Source of the DNA: Ylistrum balloti
Taxonomy: Eukaryota
DNA length: 64,000 bases
NCBI RefSeq assembly: GCF_031769215.1
Contig: NW_026782148.1
Coordinates: 310,001 to 374,000 of the forward strand
Direction of reading: 5' to 3'
The notes beneath the pieces are model-generated. The model was not told the DNA's origin and did no database searches. It saw nothing but the letters and a program-made list of their open reading frames with translations. The position numbers were made by a program, and so were the translations under genes. Below are positions 36,478-48,900 of the stretch, piece after piece; the first letter of the stretch is position 1; each line of letters opens with the position of its first letter.

Positions 36478-39400
36478 TTTCGAATAGGTCATCTTTTGCA
36501 TTTATATGTGTCTGTTATTTATCTTGGAACGGGCTTTATATAAGTTTGTAAACTTGTGCCCAATCCATTTGTATATACAATTTATGCAATAAAATATGTT
36601 TAAATCAAAAAAAGAAAGAATCGCAACTACTTCAAGTATTTGAGCATTGTCTTTCCAGACGGGTTGTACTAGATACGACTTGGCCATTTTTATGGGAATG
36701 AAAATGCTGAAAAAGATCTGTGACTTAGTGATGATGACAATGTAATTGTTAATCAGAGGTTTAGGGATAGGTTAGACCTGTTGCGAGGTGCAGCGTTTTT
36801 CTGTGTCCAGCGTTTTTTTGTGTATATGCCCCCTGTCTTCTGCCTGGTGAGACAAAGTATTGCCAACAAGGACCGCCAGTATACAGAGTCAAGCTATAGA
36901 TATATAAACAAAGTTACCATGGTCAATTGAAACAGTGGAAACAGTATATATATTTACAACAAACATAAGCAATAAACGATAACATTTTTTCATTACATTT
37001 ATTCACCAAACAAATACCATGTTTTTTGTCTTCCATACATTGTGTGACTTTCACATAAATTCACAAAACACAATAGTACTTTTAAAGCCTTTTGTTGGCT
37101 ATATGTTACAGCACACACACATACCTAATAACTCTTCGCGTCAGGCGTCATCAGAGCTTTATTCCTCTATCTTTTTAATGCAATGTATACGTGTATATAA
37201 GCAAAAATATACGAGTATTTTAGGGGAGAAGCATATCAGAGAATTTGATGATCCATTTGAACATGGAGTCCAAATCAAACAATATATTAATGCGAATGGC
37301 ATACGACGACCCTTTTGTATGTTGTTCAGTGAGGTAGCCACCAACTACTACAGGGAGAGCCCGTCTCAAAATGTAAGCATTTACTATCAATTTATCAAAA
37401 GCATCAGAGGACCTACAAATCGTTGCTGAAGTCTTTGTTTAAGTATTGCCGAAAAACAACACAGTTAAATGATACACATTAATAAACCGAGACGTATTGA
37501 TCTGAGTTATACTCTTACCTTTGTAGAATACGGGGGAAATGCATCTATTACACAAGGTCGTGAAAATTGTTTACTTTGTTAAAACAGTTTTAATTGACTT
37601 AAGATTAACAATACGGATGGTAACGAAATGTTAGAAAAGTCGGTAATTAATGGTGTTTGTTCATACTTTAAACACTCATAAAATTCGGATTCTAAATAGT
37701 CAGATAGCAAGAGAAAGCCAGTAAATACTTGTACAATTGAACCTGAATGTATAAGTTGTATATATTGTATGTAGATCAAATTACAAATAAATTGGTCAAA
37801 TTTAGGTAATACATTTATATGACAAGGCACGCACAGATTGGGTACATATTTAATGTTATTGATTAGCAGTGTCTCGTTAAACCTAAAAATAAGAACATAC
37901 ACGATTTTTACATAAAAGGTATTGATGATTAAGAAACTGAACTTACATGTGTATATATGTAACGAAAAATGCAATCATAAACTAGCAAAATCACCGAATT
38001 CGCACGAGATATTGCAATGTATCGGTATGTGCGAGTAGCCTCCCTTACAATCGAGAACGTATTCTAGAGCTACCTTATACATGGGACATTCTCTCTGTTA
38101 ATAATCAATTTTTGAACGAAATTTACAATTACGTAGACATGATGGGAAGACTCAAACATTAAAAAAGAATAAACAAGCGAACACAAACAAATGTTATATA
38201 ATTATATTGCAGAAGATTCGTCATATATACATGTAACTATATAGTGAAAGTCTCCCATGTATACACACACGTCATGACAATGGAGTATTATAAACGAAAG
38301 CATACTTTATATATATTCCTTTTTACGAGCTTCAAAACCAATCAAATTCCTCAGTTTATGAAGACTTAAAACAATAAATAGTTTTTTTTTATTATTTTTT
38401 TTTTTTTTTTTTTTGTAAATTCAGGATGAAGTAATTTTTTATAAAGCGTTACTCGGTATGTTTACAGCTTACTTACACTCATCGTCCTCTTGAGAATACA
38501 TTTTTAAAAAGATCTATTCATATCTCTAACATCAGTGACGAACATTCGCCTAAGGTGGCAGCGTATCAAAGTTTTACTGTTAAACAAAGACAAATCTTAC
38601 ATTACACTACAATAAATAAAGTACAACAGACAATCGTGTATAAAAAAAATCATAGTTAAAAAACTATTCGAGGAGATCGGATTATGGTAGAACATCATTC
38701 ACATCACTAGTACTTACTATCTATCACCGGCTAGTGATCTGGCTGTCTCGTGATCTCACCACACGTGTCACTTTCTAGTTTCGATAAATATGTAAATCAC
38801 CATATTGTTTCTGTACTATTGCGCAATCATTCCTCTCGTAAACTTGTTTACTGATATTTTTTTCAACTTTGTCCCTGTCTTACATCACATGTATTATACG
38901 TTAATATCGAGATTCACGTGACAGACCGTGTTGTATTAGTTGTGAAAAATGGTATAAGGTATATTGTGTTAATTAAGTTGGTTGTCTTGACAAAGCCAGA
39001 GAATCCGTGCTTAGCCATAATAATATTATGGTAATTGTATATTCTAGCTCCCAACTTCAAGTTCTTTGATCTATACAATGATTTCTTTAATTTCTTTAAT
39101 TGAACAAAAGACACACAAATGAGCAGCACCTTTAAATACAGCTTTAGAGTTACATAAGTCGAGCCAAGCAATTTCATACAGCTGCTACCCTGGGTTAGAT
39201 ATTTTTGTCGCATTCCACTGACGTACGTTTTCATAGTTCTACTGTAATGATATAAAAAGAGACATTTCTGATTTCTGAACACCAGCCACATAGATTTCTC
39301 TCTGCCAGCCCAAAGGGAAATTTATCTTAACATATATGATTTTAATCTAAGATTTTTTTTTCAAGAAAAGGAAGACCGCGTGAACATGACATTAAAAAAT

Positions 39401-39935
39401 TGTAGTGACATTTTAAAAATCATTCAGGAGAGCGAAGGCAAAACTTTCAATTCACTCAGCCCAAGATGAATTCCATTTTTTTCATTTATTCCTTAACCAA
39501 TGAGCCAGAGCAGAGAAATTTGCTTAGATTAATATATTTCTTTACATACTGAGTAATCTTGAGATTTTCTAAACATTTTTTTTCATTATCTATATTATAT
39601 ATTTGATGATATATTTGAGTAATTCTATAATTTCACCTGCCCGTTCATCCATCAAATTACTACGACATTTATGAATACGCTAATAAAATAACGTTTGAAA
39701 TTGAAATGTCATGGTATTATAATAAAATGTCATACAGCTTTTGTTGACACCATCATTCTTTTGGAATCTTGACCTATGAAAACTTACAGTTCCATATGAC
39801 AAACTAAACTGGGTATTTATTTAGCGAGCGCTTCAGATATTGATCATTGTTAGAATACCAAGATATATCAAAGGTTTTATCTATTATTTATTTCAGGACC
39901 AACATGTCTCTCTGAAAAAAATATTTGGTTTGATC

Positions 39936-42900
39936 CTAGTTAGGTCCACGGTGTCTTCCATTACGCTGTCTGTAACCATATCTCCCTCCGCCATAGCCTC
40001 GTCCTCCCTGCGTACATTCGCCTGCAAATACAATCAAAGTTCTGAAAGTATTAAAAGCTATTGCGAGCAACGGAGATTTTTTGTGGATCAAAATTTATGA
40101 TCCAATTCTTATGTGCTAATGTCAGTGAAATTCTGCGACTGATTGTTAAGTTGTACATAATATTGTATCAAGGTAGTCCATATCTCACCTCTTTATTCCC
40201 AGTACTCTCTTTCCTACTTTCTTCTCTTATAATAAATATTCTAGCGGAGGCATTGAAATAAATAAATNNNNNNNNNNNNNNNNNNNNNNNNNNNNNNNNN
40301 NNNNNNNNNNNNNNNNNNNNNNNNNNNNNNNNNNNNNNNNNNNNNNNNNNNNNNNNNNNNNNNNNNNNNNNNNNNNNNNNNNNNNNNNNNNNNNNNNNNN
40401 NNNNNNNNNNNNNNNNNNNNNNNNNNNNNNNNNNNNNNNNNNNNNNNNNNNNNNNNNNNNNNNNNNNNNNNNNNNNNNNNNNNNNNNAAAGAAATATATT
40501 TCTCTGTGTATACGATACACAAAGTTTTTATCTTTTTAAATTATATATATATAGACGTGTGCTAATAATATCGAATATTTTCGAATCTTCAACTGGAGTA
40601 TACGTAGAATGTAGCCTTCAGTCGTTATTAAAAAAAACTCAAGGAATTCAATTCTCAAAATTTCTGAAGACATGAAGTTTATATGATTTTACTGCTGAAT
40701 TGAAATTTGGATTCATAGTTTTAACTACTATAGAGTCACAGGTATCCACATCGTTTTGTTAAGATTGCTGACACAGATATAAAATGTATGGAACTTATTA
40801 CTACGGTGTCATTGTATGTAAATTTCAAAAAGTGACACTCTGTCATAAAAATGTTCTACACTTGTTCAATCATATCCCGTTTTATATATAAAAAAGTGAG
40901 TTCACAACCAGCTGTGTTCTAATCTGGTATCAGGTGATGTACATATACAGTTGCATATAGCCAGTTTGAAACCCTTCGATGTGGATTTCCCACTATTTTA
41001 GATATCTTAAAAAAGTTTGAGATGCTGAGGTTTTTTTTCTATGACGTTATATGGTGTTTAAAACAGAACATTTCACTGTCAGTTAAGGACATCACTAAAT
41101 CCAGAATTTTAACTATTATTTGTGCCTTTTAGTAGATTTATGTTTGTCTCACATAGTACTACCGAGTAACGTATTTCTGCATTAGATTGATTAGTTCTTG
41201 CGAAGTGTACCGTAAATTTACTTTTTTTGGGGTAAATATTGAATTTTTAAAAATCGCGATGCGCATATGCATTAGAACATAACATTTTTGGAAGATCATT
41301 ATCAGACTGTTAAAAGATCCTGGAAGATTCATAGCTACAGAAAATCAGGATATTTCCATTACTTTATCGTGATTTTATTTTACCGAATACTCATGAACTT
41401 GGAAGGCTTTTAAAAGCTTACCCTAAACACTTTCAAGTGACTGTTGGTGCGAAATGGAAAATGAGTTTTGTTGAAAAAATAAACAGCACATTTTCAAGCC
41501 AACTGTGACTATAAATTTGGAAAAAAGCCATAAAATATTTCAACATTTTCAGCTACAACATAATTCCCAAACCGCTACTGTAACGATTGTATTAAGCAAA
41601 CGGGAGGGGTTTGGCAGTATACTTTGTATGCACAAAGAAAATTTCAAATTAAAAAGTGAGTTTTGATGTAAGAAATGTTAAGTTAAAACATGATAAATTT
41701 CCAAAGAAAAATCCAACAGAATTTTAAATGTTCATTAAATAGGTATAACACTGATCTTAGAACTCTTAGGCGTATATATATACCAAATAAGTAAGTCGGG
41801 ATGTACAGACGTAATAGAGCCTGTCAATGTAACATAGTCTTACAGGTACATACATCTTGGCAACATTTCCTCAGCAGAATCGTAAGACCGCGATAAAAGT
41901 GGTTATGTAGGAGAACAGAACATTTTTGATATATTCTAGGTTTACAGACGAAGTCGTGTACCACAGGCTAATAATTCTGTTTACTTAAGGGTTGTAATGT
42001 TTTTCGAAACACTGAACGTAAGCTGAAGAAAATTCACCGGCAAATCAAACACTGTGATAAACAATGTTTGATTCCAAACCATTCAGATTGCTCATCATGG
42101 TTGTTGTGAGTGTTGGATAATGTTGCTTGATTGTTTAAACCATGGTAGCAACATTGTTGTATATATTAAGTAGTATGATCATGTCGAATCGTCCTCCATT
42201 TTAAGTTGGTACATTGTCGCGGATAACACAGTTCAGACTTTTCATATAATTTCGATATTTTCTTCATCTAATAGATCTGAAAAAGAACATTTGAGGTAAA
42301 TTATGTTTTATATTTGCGGATGCGCATTATTCTTACAGTTACAATTGAATGACCGAGACCATTTCGCTTTAGACCTCTTGTCTTTCCTCCCTTTGTATAA
42401 GTGTGTTTAGACTCGTCCAAAATGACGCTTCAAGGGACACTTTGATCAGTTCCTAAAATGCAACATATCCATACTGGGTATGAGAACCGGTAGGTGTTTC
42501 TGGTGTGATTTGGTGTAAACATCCCCGACTACCCCAAAAATCATTACGACAGGTCCAGCAAGACGCTTTGATTTCTGATGCCTAGGCGTACGCAGACATC
42601 AAGTGCCCGGTTGAACAAGGCTAAATAGTATGCTAATGAATATATCTATAAGAGCAAACTATTTGTTAAACTTTTAATATTGATGTTGAGAAACTTTAAC
42701 AGAAATGTGTATTAGTGTTTATAGATCAGTTAGAATGATATGGTTTCATTAAAAAAATATTTACACCTCCCATGTTAAAATCTGTGGCAAAATTGCTATA
42801 TTTGATGAAGAAGCGACCATGGTCACCGGTACAGGTAGTCGTACTTTGAAAACATATCTAAAGTGACAGAAATAAGCGATTGTGTTACCACAATAACATG

Positions 42901-45900
42901 CCACCAGTTGACAAGTTTACTGTAATAGTCTTGATATGTCTCGTCTCGATATTCCACAACCTCTCACAAAACAGTTGTATATAAGTACAAGAACCATTAT
43001 TGTTGTATGGCAGCGGTATAACAGACCAAGGAACTCGTTTTACCAGAATGCTGTATGATAAATGACATTTATGTTTTAAAACACGACTATAACATTTCAG
43101 ATTGAGATGTTTTGTACAGAACCCATGATGTTTATAGTGTAGAAAGTAGAAACTTCAACAGGAGCAACAGGGTGAGTAACTCTTTGTTTGCGGTGCCGCA
43201 CTACATTTGATTGTTAAAGGTAAATGGTAAATTGTCATAGTCCGATCCACTCAGAATTTCATTTTAAGTTCAAATCGAACCATAAAGGAAGCCAAATGTT
43301 GAAAAGAACATTCAATATTGAAACGCCCCTTAAATTACATACATAAAGTAGAAACTTTTGTCAACAGAAGTTCTCACAAAACACCCACCCTTTAATCATA
43401 GCATCTACTAATGAGACGTTTGTAAGCAGATGCTAACTGCACTTTGTAGAGCAGAATTTACTGAAATAGGACAAACTGTTGTTCAATGCAACTTAAGTTG
43501 ATTTCGTTATGATCAAACATTTTACTTACAGTCCGCCATTCGCTCTTCTAGAAGTGAGATCTGCTCGCTGAGAGAATTGATCATATAGCCGACATCGTTA
43601 TATGGCTGTTCGTACGGGTCGGTTGTGGTGGTGGTGGTAGGCGTTGGTGTTGTAGTCGTCGTGGAAGTGGTCGTTGATGCGGATGTGGTTATTGTACTGG
43701 GTGTAGATGGCACCGTACGCGTTCCGATGGTTGCCTGTTTCACTTCCGCCACAATGTCGATGGCCTGTTCATATCGACCTTCCAGAAGAGTCAGATTGCC
43801 CCGCAGATCATCCTGTTGATGTAATTACGTTATTAAAGTAATAATGCCCTTTCGGAATCGGATTTTTAAAACGTTACTCGCATTTTCTTTAAAAAAAATA
43901 TGTTTTAAACATAATCATGCAAAAAAGATGTAAGTGAAGAGTAAAACCTGATTGTCATGAATAATGGGAATAACACTTAAGCGGTTAAGTGTCCACCCTG
44001 AGACCGCAAGGTCCATAGAACGAGCCCAAGCGAGGACAGGGCATATTTTTTAGTACTCATTCCTATTACAAATTTGGTGCCGTGACCAGGATCTCTGAAT
44101 CGATTTGGGAGGGTGTTGTGTTAATATTGTTATGCATTAAAGTTGTCTGGGGAGAAGCCAATTTTCTCGTCCCCGTTTACAAATGCATCCTTGTAACCGA
44201 TGTGGAAGCAATTGTGTCATTAATTGAAAGGATGAATGCAATAACCTGAAGTGCGTAGTCTAACAAAAAAAGACATGCAAATATTGCCGAAACCTCGACA
44301 AGTCTCTTCGTTTAATCTATATTTCCAAATTTAAAAAAAGAATAAAGCTTATCCATATGGACAATCCTCTTTCTATATTATAATTATGATAACACATTGA
44401 TGCCATTTGGAAGTTGCAAATTTACAAAGTGCAAATAGACACAAAACGCCACTATAAAATTGGTGCAATATATGTCGACTTTATCAGTGTGTGTTTGTGT
44501 GAGCAGGGAACGGTTAAGGCATAAAATAAAAATATTATTTTCAACAATACACTATAAAAAGAGACATTATCAATGACACAGGTATATCAAATGTTACCCG
44601 CGTGCTGTTGATGATCTCAATGCCTAATGAAACCCGTTTTAGAACCTAGATTTAATGACTAACAGTATCTGAAATCGATCCTCCAACATAACAATTTTAT
44701 AATGATAAGTGATTATAGGCATACATATAAAAGACGCTACAATGCAAATTTTTTTAATTTAACATCCTTTATGGTGTTATTTATTGGGTGAGAAATAATG
44801 CGAAAATCCGGAATACCTTTACATAACACAGAACAATGCACTAGGAAACAGTCTGCATACTTCTTATGTTCAAATATTCATATATACAACACCTTGGCTT
44901 TTCTGTAAATTGTGAGTGAAGAGACGGTGCGTTACCTTCTCCTTTTCAACGAAAATTATCCTGGTCTGTAGATCGTTGACTTTATTCATCATTTCTTCAA
45001 ATGCTGGGTTACACAGAGGACAAACTGGAATATAACGACACTGCTTCTTAGTTAAGCAAGAGGTTATCGTGTGACATGGAACTATTGTTCGGCAAGAAGG
45101 TGCTTACACATATATAAGGTAATAAATTGCATTATCTGCTTCTCGAGCGTTTTGACCGCCGCCGCTGGCGATAACGACAACAAAAACAACATATACAACA
45201 TATATCAACATGGCCTATGACAGGATCAATACAAAGCAGGAAATGTTATAGCAACTGTTGTTCTGTACGGAGATGAACATTGCATTCAATGTATTTTCAT
45301 AATTCTCAAACGTAATATAGTAAGTCGTTAATGCACTTTTGACCACACGTTTCTACTCACAAGCGCAGTTTCTTCCTTCTGTTAATCGAAAGCCGTCGTA
45401 ACAAGAACATTCATAGTTTCCGTAAGTATTTTTACACAGGTGTTGACAGGTGTGTGTTTTCATCAGACACTCATCCACATCTATAGAAGGGAGAAACATG
45501 GATAACAAGCCAGATTCGTGAATAAAAATGCAAAGAAATGCTGGAAAGTATTTTTTTCAACGTAGTACGATTACTTCAATAACTTGTTTCTTATGTTTCA
45601 GTAAGTTGATTGAAGTCACTATCCTTTATATCATCCGCTATAGAAATGTATCTCTAATAACCATTTATCGAGGCAAGACTCACTAATGACATGTCTTCCG
45701 CTTGCTAGGCTTAGTTTAATGGTACCATAGACATGTACAGCCGGATATAACCTTCAGCATCATGTAATACTGTACGTACTCAGAAGGCCAGATGACTTTT
45801 CCATCTGTGCCAGTATTGAAGCCTCGGTCAATACTTCATTACATTTTACAGATTCTGATTGTCAAGCTCCCTAAATCTTTTCTTTCTCTTGAATGCTTTT

Positions 45901-48900
45901 TCACGTCTGTTCGATAACACGAACCAAGAAAATCTAGGTGAAAGGCGAGTTGTGAATAACTTTATTTCCTTTTTTTCAGTCACAAGAAAGTCAACTGCCA
46001 ACGTGCTTTATATTGACAACCGAGACAGAAAAGAACTCGGACAACGAGATGAATATTCACAGTCGAGACAGAAAAACCCCAAACAGCGTCAATATTGACA
46101 ACTGAGACAGGGAAGAACTACTCGAAGAGTGTACAAAAGACATACCAGTGAATAGCACCTTAGAAATAAAATAAAGAGCCTAAAAGAAGCAGACTGCATT
46201 ATACAACTGTTTCGTCCTTAACAACCTTCAACGTGAATTTTGACAAACTTGAACGAAATCGAGATTTGTGATGTAAAAGGAATTAAAATGACGTAACATG
46301 TGCAGAAAAAGGAGGTGTGGTATGAATTAGCATCTGATTAAACAGAGAGTCTCAAACACCATTGACAACGACGACAATGATTTAGTCACAAACGTCACGT
46401 TGTGAGACAAATGAATAATGTTTAGTAAAATTTTAGGAGCTCGATAAGTTTATGGATTCAAATTCGAATCCAATTACGATATCTAATGGCTTGAGTCATT
46501 AAGTTTGGCCTTGGATGAAAGTATCAATTTGTGGTTCATAAAAGGTGTGTTGATGTTATAACTACTGTACGACCTTATGTTGTAAACGAATAAGACGTAG
46601 AAATGACACTGAGTATAGCCATGATTTATGTAATTTGTTTATCTAGTTTTGTAAGACAGATAATCTGTCCTTTATACTTTCATAATATCTATATTATTCT
46701 CAGTTTTCCTTTGTAATTATTAAACTCACCATTAAACTGTATAGCGTTTAGACATACATTAACAGTGACATTATACTGCCTTCTCTAAAAGTAGAAACTC
46801 GAGACCCACAAAATCTCGTTTGATACTAATAACGTAAATAAGAGATTGAAAAACATTTTTTTTCATGTTGATATGAAATAATAAAAATGGTAAAACGATT
46901 TCTCGATTGCCCCTGTTGGAACCTCGTTATAAAGATTAATTTCTCGGATAAAAACCTCTTAACTCGACCCTTACCGACTTAAGTGGCCATTGTGCCACGA
47001 GTGGTTTAACTCTTCACAAACTCAATGTATTCGAGTTAATGCCTTTCATCAGCCCACGCTTCACTTGTGAAGTTGTAATCAACTATTTATTATCAATCAT
47101 TAATTGTAAAAATATTTAGAGACCCCGTTATGCAGGCACCATGTTGATATGTTTTCGCCAAAAGGAGGACTGTTATTTAATAACAAGAAACCCACACTTT
47201 CCTTTTTAAGTCACACGTAGCCAGACAGTTAATTGAGCTATAAATAAAATCTGTTGAAATGGGGAATATCAAATTGAAAACAAACTCTTTAACCACTCTT
47301 AGTTATTTTAAGACTGCCTTCCTCAGCATTACCGTAATTATGTTTTGGTAACCTATAAGATTGACTTGTCCATAATTCTTTGATATTTTGTTAAATTAAC
47401 AGGGTACAATTGTTGGAGTAAAATACGTATAGATATTTAAACACAACGTGAAATCGGCTAAAATTTCAGAGCTCATCCGCTGTCAAACTTATTGCGATAT
47501 ATACCGAGCTACGGGAAGTAAGGAATTTGCTAAGTCAACGAACACCTTCGAATCACGGTAGTTCTTCCACAGGTGATACATTTAAACAAAATATCGATAT
47601 TTTCTTATCATTTCTCTAATGTGTTTTCTTGTGAACTGTTTGGTTTTACCACGTGGTCCCTCCCCAACACAAAGAAATATTAGTAGCGGGAAAGCCATTT
47701 CATGATAGATGCTTTTACAAAAAATGTACTTTACGCCAAAATAATTCAATATTCCAAATAAGGATAAATATTTGAATTATGGCAATAATCTTTCTTTTTT
47801 AAACTAACGAAAAAATATATATGTGGAAAGTTAACTTCATTTCGATGACTTAGTTTAGCCTTTTGTGTTGCTGTTTTCATAGCGATTCGAAATGTCTACA
47901 GCTGTGAGAAAGCCCAAAAGTACAATAAAACAAGGTATACTACATAAACTTGAACACTTGCGTGGACAATAAATCTTGCAAGCCCTCCCATTATCGACAT
48001 TTTCCAATAAAATAAACTTTAAACAGAGATTGGGAGTACCTTAAAATGGACGGAAAACGCTGTACAAACTTCTGAATTTGTATATTTCTGTGTAAATATA
48101 TCCTGGTAATACCCTTCACGGCGATATTTCCATCGAGATCAAACAATATCAATGTTAAGATGAAAGCAATAAAAAGTTAATTCTATTATCTGATTTTGAG
48201 TGTTTTATACACTTCAGTTTCGTTTCTGAGCCATCCGACATTCACAGTCGATTTCCAATGTCCAGTTTGACTACCCAATTTATTTGGGAAACCCCTTTCA
48301 CATGTAGAACTAATTACATCACGTGACAGTTTGAAAATGAGGCAGTGCGCTTGTGTACACACATGTGATGGTGGAATAAAACACAGTGAAACAGTATACG
48401 TAAAACACGTGTTTTTCGACACCCGAATTAGTTATGGACGAATAGACGTTTGATAACTCAAATACGAATACGAAAAATGTTAGATGGATAATCAATATTT
48501 CTGAAAAAATCTCACATCAGCCGTAAACGTATGGTAAGCAACACGCAAAGTTTTAACCTAGACCACTTGCTCAGCTGTCAGTCAATTCAGAAGAATACAT
48601 GCACCTCCCCGATTGCTTCCCATCTGCCATAGTAAGCTCCTGCTCATTTGGCCATCCTTCACTTTGTGGATGACATTCACGATTCAGGATTCACGAGGAA
48701 AGCCTTTCTTGTTTACTGAAGTGGTGTGTTATCATGTATGGCACAAAAATTTACATATGCAGACTGTTGATCAACGGCGAGAATTTTTCCTTTTACAATA
48801 CCTCAATCAAAATTAATATTAGTATATTTCAGCAAACAACTAGCATTCCACATTATGTGATGTACTTTCAAGAGGATTTAAAAGTTAAACGGTACCCCAT

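Larger units (their letters stand above)
34806..36613 (+). mobile_element. 5'-truncated CR1/L2-type LINE (RT C-terminal ORF plus 3' UTR)
   Basis: Uninterrupted ORF to 36125 with GVPQGSVLGPLLFILYINDL, FADDT, HKHLGVTFD and a C-terminal CQCG...H motif. After the N-gap comes a 3'-UTR-like end: TATATAAGTTTGTAAACTTGTGCCCAATCC...AATAAAATATGTTTAAATCAAAAAAA. Confidence 0.9.

Noticed and set aside
36298-36543. ORFs spanning the first N-gap (and likewise 40227-40522)
   Set aside because: They are artefacts of N runs translated as X.
37019-37429. 136-aa plus-strand ORF
   Set aside because: It has no recognisable motif and no partner exons, so there is not enough support to call it.
42520-42625. Alternative exon candidate [10 protein letters not shown]... 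in the last EGFL7-like intron
   Set aside because: It has a weak acceptor and does not complete the conserved C-x-C motif.
43625-43819. Val-rich plus-strand ORF
   Set aside because: It is the antisense of the Thr-rich EGFL7-like exon.
42323-43846. Partial resemblance to vertebrate miR-126, which is intronic in EGFL7: CGCATTATT at 42323 and AAAGTAATAATG at 43835
   Set aside because: The matches are short and AT-rich, the 3p seed is absent, and the two pieces are 1.5 kb apart so they cannot form a hairpin. miR-126 is considered vertebrate-specific.
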